From: a virus
Lineage: Duplodnaviria > Caudoviricetes
Direction: 5' to 3' (one strand)
Length of the DNA: 27,170 bases
IMG/VR virus record: IMGVR_UViG_3300014050_000113
Coordinates: 1 to 27,170 of that record
In this document: positions 24,141 through 27,170 of the stretch, one piece after another
Numbering within the stretch: position 1 is the stretch's first letter
How the letters are laid out: the number at the start of each line of letters is the position of its first letter
Made by a program: the position numbers and the translations under genes
Notes under the pieces: model-generated
Told to the model about the DNA's origin: nothing
Database searches by the model: none
Seen by the model: only the letters and a program-made list of their open reading frames with translations

Positions 24141-24437
24141 TTAGGGTTGGTTTTTGTCTTCTGAAGTTATATGGGAGAATGGTTCTGGCAAGTCGAATTT
24201 TGGTTTATTTTCTATCTGACTATTCGATAAGGTTTCAATGAGATCCATAACCTCTTGAGCACCCTCATAAAAACCAGCACTTTTAATGAACACGGGTGAC
24301 AGATCAAACCCTTGAGCCACGGGGTTAGCAGACTTCTTTGGGCGCACGCGCCTTGCGATAAGTTTAAGCCCCTTTTGCATATGAGGCATTGCCCAAACCT
24401 TAGTCCATTCACGCGAATCCTGAAGTGTCCAATCCAT
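24141..24437 (-). CDS. Hypothetical protein between portal and scaffold (98 aa)
   Basis: Position typical of small podovirus head genes. Possible promoter TAGACA...TATAGT just upstream. Confidence 0.7.
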   Translation of the reverse strand: MDWTLQDSREWTKVWAMPHMQKGLKLIARRVRPKKSANPVAQGFDLSPVFIKSAGFYEGAQEVMDLIETLSNSQIENKPKFDLPEPFSHITSEDKNQP

Positions 24438-24494
24438 TAATAAGTCCTAACTATACGCAGAATCTGATCTTGTCTAGTATAAATATCTTAAAAA

Positions 24495-26765
24495 TTAAGC
24501 TGTTTGTGTGGCCATTGGTGGTCGGCCTGCTGGCCTTGCGGTTTTCTGCAAAATGGAACTGCGTGTTTTAAGGTCATTTAGGGCCATCTGTTGACGGATT
24601 GTCTCCATCTTTTGTGCATGGGCCTCTTGACTCATCATTCGCTTCTCCTGCATTTCAGCAAGGCGAAGCTGGGCTTTTTGTAATTCAAATTCCATCTTGG
24701 GGTCAACCTGTCCTTCGGGCTGTTGGGCTATCTGCTCTTGGGCTTTGGATTGTTCGGCCATCATGCGATTGATCACCTGTTGCTCAAGTTCATCGACATA
24801 AGCCGTAAGGTTTTGCAATTGACGCTTGAGTTCGTTGACCTCCTGTTTGCGGAAGCTGTTGGTAGAGAACATGACCAAATGCTCGGTAACGTGATCGGAA
24901 GCTGGACGCAGAATCTGCATGGCCTGCTCGTCGGGGATTTGCTGTTGGCGATGGGCTTCAATGATTTGGGCAATCATCGGGATATGGGCCTCAATATGAA
25001 CAGCATGATTCTGACTATCATGGACAAGTTGCTGTATTCCTTGACGAAGGTTTCCATTTTCAAGGTTGGCAATATCAAAATCAACCACACGGCGCGGCCC
25101 CTTTTCTGCAACAAATAAGTTGACTTTCTGGTAGCCAACTCCCGGAATTCCCGCTACCACAGCCCGCAATGTATTCTCCTTGCCTTTCTCGTCCATAAGA
25201 GAATAAAGTTCCATGAGTTGCTTGGATGCCATTTCGGTCATAACGGGACTTCCGTCACCCATGGCCCGCATTGCTGTTACTTTAAGGAAACTACGCATAC
25301 GCTCAACGCTTATGCCTCTTCGGGCACAACGGCGGCGAAACTCAAGAGCTAACTTCCCTCCTTTGTCTGCTGCGGTTAGAAGCGGGTTTACCGCCCTACG
25401 ATATTGCTCTGTAAGCAACTTGTTGTACGGGGTGTAGAAAAGCTCCAATGCTGCGGCATTGAGGGTGGATTCTTGGCGGGCCTGTTGAACAACTTCTGTA
25501 GCCGAACGAGCCTGTCCTTCTGGGGTAACTTGGCGCGAACGGTAGCTGCCAGTGTTATTCTGCAACACCTGACTCATTAGGTTATAGACAGGAAGACCTT
25601 GCGTGGCAACTGCGGGGGGTTGGAGTTGAATCGGGGTTAGGCCACTGGGGATAAACGTATAGGGTCCAACCTCAATGTATTGGAAATCTTGGATAGCTTC
25701 GGCGTCCCCTTGAAGCTGAATCAATCCAGAAGTAATTGCTGCTTGTGCGGCTTGGCACAGCACACGATTGCTGATCTGAATTTGATTGTAGATCTTCTGT
25801 TTAAGTCCGCGAATGGTGTGGAATGTCCCCTGTCCAACTCCGTAGGTGAAGATTACAAAGCATTGGTTGACATTACCATAACGGCTGTAGCGTTCATACA
25901 GAAAGTCCGAAGAATCGCGACTTCCTATCAACTGTGTAAATTTTCCATCAAATTCCCTATTGTAACCATAGATCAATTGGGCGCGGTGGTAGGCCGACTC
26001 TCCTTGGTAGAGGTCATTCTCTTTGATTTGGCGCTCAAAGTCTTCCCAGTGAGATACATAGTTCTTCCATCGATCTGATTTAGTAGAGGCCTTCCAAATA
26101 GCTTGTTTTACAGCATTGATATTCCATCCTAGCTTTTTGGCTATTTCGGGATTTCGAATGTAGTTGTAAAGCTCGCTAACACTCATTGAACGCTGGACGA
26201 TAGCCAACTCAATGGATTCATCTGATACTTTTGTGTCGCGGGCTACCTTGAAGTCTTTAAGACCACACGGTTCCCAAAAGACACTGCGTTCGTCGGGCCA
26301 CATAGCCACCCCAACACCGTCACCAATAAACTCGCGAGATAAGAGTTGCATGTTGTAGGAGTAGTCACTCCACTCCTTGATCATCCAATCAAACTCTTCT
26401 GAGATAATCTCAGAATCTTCGTTGGATTCTCCGTCATAGGAATCCATGATTACATTAGCAATACGCGGAACGCCGTTCTGAAGTTCAATATATGGAGCTA
26501 ATGCCGCTTCCATGATTGAACTAGCCTCTCCAAAATTGGCATTAACTACATGGCTCAACCCCTTGTTTTTCAATTCTTCGGCATCATAGGGGGCTTCTCC
26601 GTTAACCAAAGCCTGCGCTCTGGCGCGAAGATACGCTGCATTCTCGTCCTGCTCTATATACTTATTCGCAATACCAACAAGAGAGTCGGATGATTTGATC
26701 CTCTTTTTAGGAGGAGATCCGGCTTCTGGTAAATTTTCCAGTTCTGCGTTTCCGTTAGATGGCAT
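24495..26765 (-). CDS. Portal protein (756 aa)
   Basis: FIGDGVGV, RGL...IY..IQ..NR, RSATEV motif and Gln-rich C-terminal coiled coil, as in P22-like portals; gene order. Confidence 0.85.
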   Translation of the reverse strand: MPSNGNAELENLPEAGSPPKKRIKSSDSLVGIANKYIEQDENAAYLRARAQALVNGEAPYDAEELKNKGLSHVVNANFGEASSIMEAALAPYIELQNGVPRIANVIMDSYDGESNEDSEIISEEFDWMIKEWSDYSYNMQLLSREFIGDGVGVAMWPDERSVFWEPCGLKDFKVARDTKVSDESIELAIVQRSMSVSELYNYIRNPEIAKKLGWNINAVKQAIWKASTKSDRWKNYVSHWEDFERQIKENDLYQGESAYHRAQLIYGYNREFDGKFTQLIGSRDSSDFLYERYSRYGNVNQCFVIFTYGVGQGTFHTIRGLKQKIYNQIQISNRVLCQAAQAAITSGLIQLQGDAEAIQDFQYIEVGPYTFIPSGLTPIQLQPPAVATQGLPVYNLMSQVLQNNTGSYRSRQVTPEGQARSATEVVQQARQESTLNAAALELFYTPYNKLLTEQYRRAVNPLLTAADKGGKLALEFRRRCARRGISVERMRSFLKVTAMRAMGDGSPVMTEMASKQLMELYSLMDEKGKENTLRAVVAGIPGVGYQKVNLFVAEKGPRRVVDFDIANLENGNLRQGIQQLVHDSQNHAVHIEAHIPMIAQIIEAHRQQQIPDEQAMQILRPASDHVTEHLVMFSTNSFRKQEVNELKRQLQNLTAYVDELEQQVINRMMAEQSKAQEQIAQQPEGQVDPKMEFELQKAQLRLAEMQEKRMMSQEAHAQKMETIRQQMALNDLKTRSSILQKTARPAGRPPMATQTA

Positions 26766-26774
26766 TAATGTATG

Positions 26775-26803
26775 ATTCTAAGTTAGTTAAGTATTAAAGT
26801 CAA
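26775..26803 (-). promoter_or_regulatory. Sigma70-type promoter for portal (near-leaderless)
   Basis: TTGACT-17 nt-TAGAAT; ATG 9 nt after the -10 hexamer. Confidence 0.8.
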
Positions 26804-26986
26804 TTAGCTATTGGGTGCAGAAACAGCCTCATTGCTCGCGGCCTCTGCGGTCAACTGTCTCTCAATAGCCTGCGCCACAGGCAAGATGACCGCTGCTGCA
26901 TTTAGCCCACCATGCTTTGTGGCCAAGTCAAGGCACTGCATGACCAGTTTCGCTTGGTCTTCGGACAGCGTGACGGTCTTACTCAT
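26804..26986 (-). CDS. Small helical protein, possibly tail-fibre associated (60 aa)
   Basis: ATG 26986 (MSKTVTLSEDQA...LDLATKHGGL) overlaps the upstream gene end. The track's longer start overlaps that gene extensively. Confidence 0.65.
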   Translation of the reverse strand: MSKTVTLSEDQAKLVMQCLDLATKHGGLNAAAVILPVAQAIERQLTAEAASNEAVSAPNS

Positions 26987-27170
26987 TGCTTGAAGCCTCC
27001 TGTTGCGCGGCGAGATACGCCTGTGTCGCGGGAATCGCGGCGAGGACAGCTTGAAACGCGGCGGCAAGCTCTGGAACCGCCTGCATGATTTCGGGGTTGA
27101 GCGGCGCGGTCATGCGCTGGACGAGGCTTCCGTTGGCGAGGTCGCCGGCTGCGGGGGCCGGCAAGGGGTC
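26979..27170 (-). CDS. 5'-truncated hypothetical protein (GC-rich, possibly tail-fibre associated)
   Basis: Frame is open to the window edge (DPLPAPAAGDL...VPELAAAFQAVLAAIP...). Confidence 0.6.
   Translation of the reverse strand, partial: DPLPAPAAGDLANGSLVQRMTAPLNPEIMQAVPELAAAFQAVLAAIPATQAYLAAQQEASSNE

Noticed and set aside
1-27170. Stop-codon reassignment or T7-like phage RNAP promoters
   Set aside because: Genes tile densely under the standard code with all three stops used, and no repeated ~20-bp phage promoter was seen.

Overview
This window is part of a tailed dsDNA phage genome with podovirus-like (P22/T7-style) head assembly genes. Almost all genes are on the minus strand. In transcription order (right to left) it holds: the end of a GC-rich gene pair (probably tail-fibre associated); portal (756 aa); a 98-aa protein; scaffold (439 aa); a degenerate initiator-type tRNA(CAT); a structured leader; major capsid protein (419 aa); an HNH-AP2 endonuclease remnant; a lysis cassette with a CHAP endolysin; a DUF4406/DUF6378-like fusion and a DEDD exonuclease; an oppositely oriented two-gene cassette; a recombination-like module (SWIM finger, Cas4-like nuclease); small basic proteins; a glycosyltransferase; a putative head-tail adaptor; and two putative ejection proteins. 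It ends in a giant ORF of at least 2218 codons (6656 to <1) that the ORF track omits because it runs off the window. By manual translation this is a polyvalent protein with GNAT, zincin HExxH, two degenerate zincin and ADP-ribosyltransferase modules joined by similar Pro/Thr linkers. Transcription appears to use host sigma70-type TTGNNN-N16/17-TAGnnT promoters, several giving almost leaderless mRNAs. Three candidate structured RNAs are also present. All calls come from motif reading and gene context only; no database searches were run.
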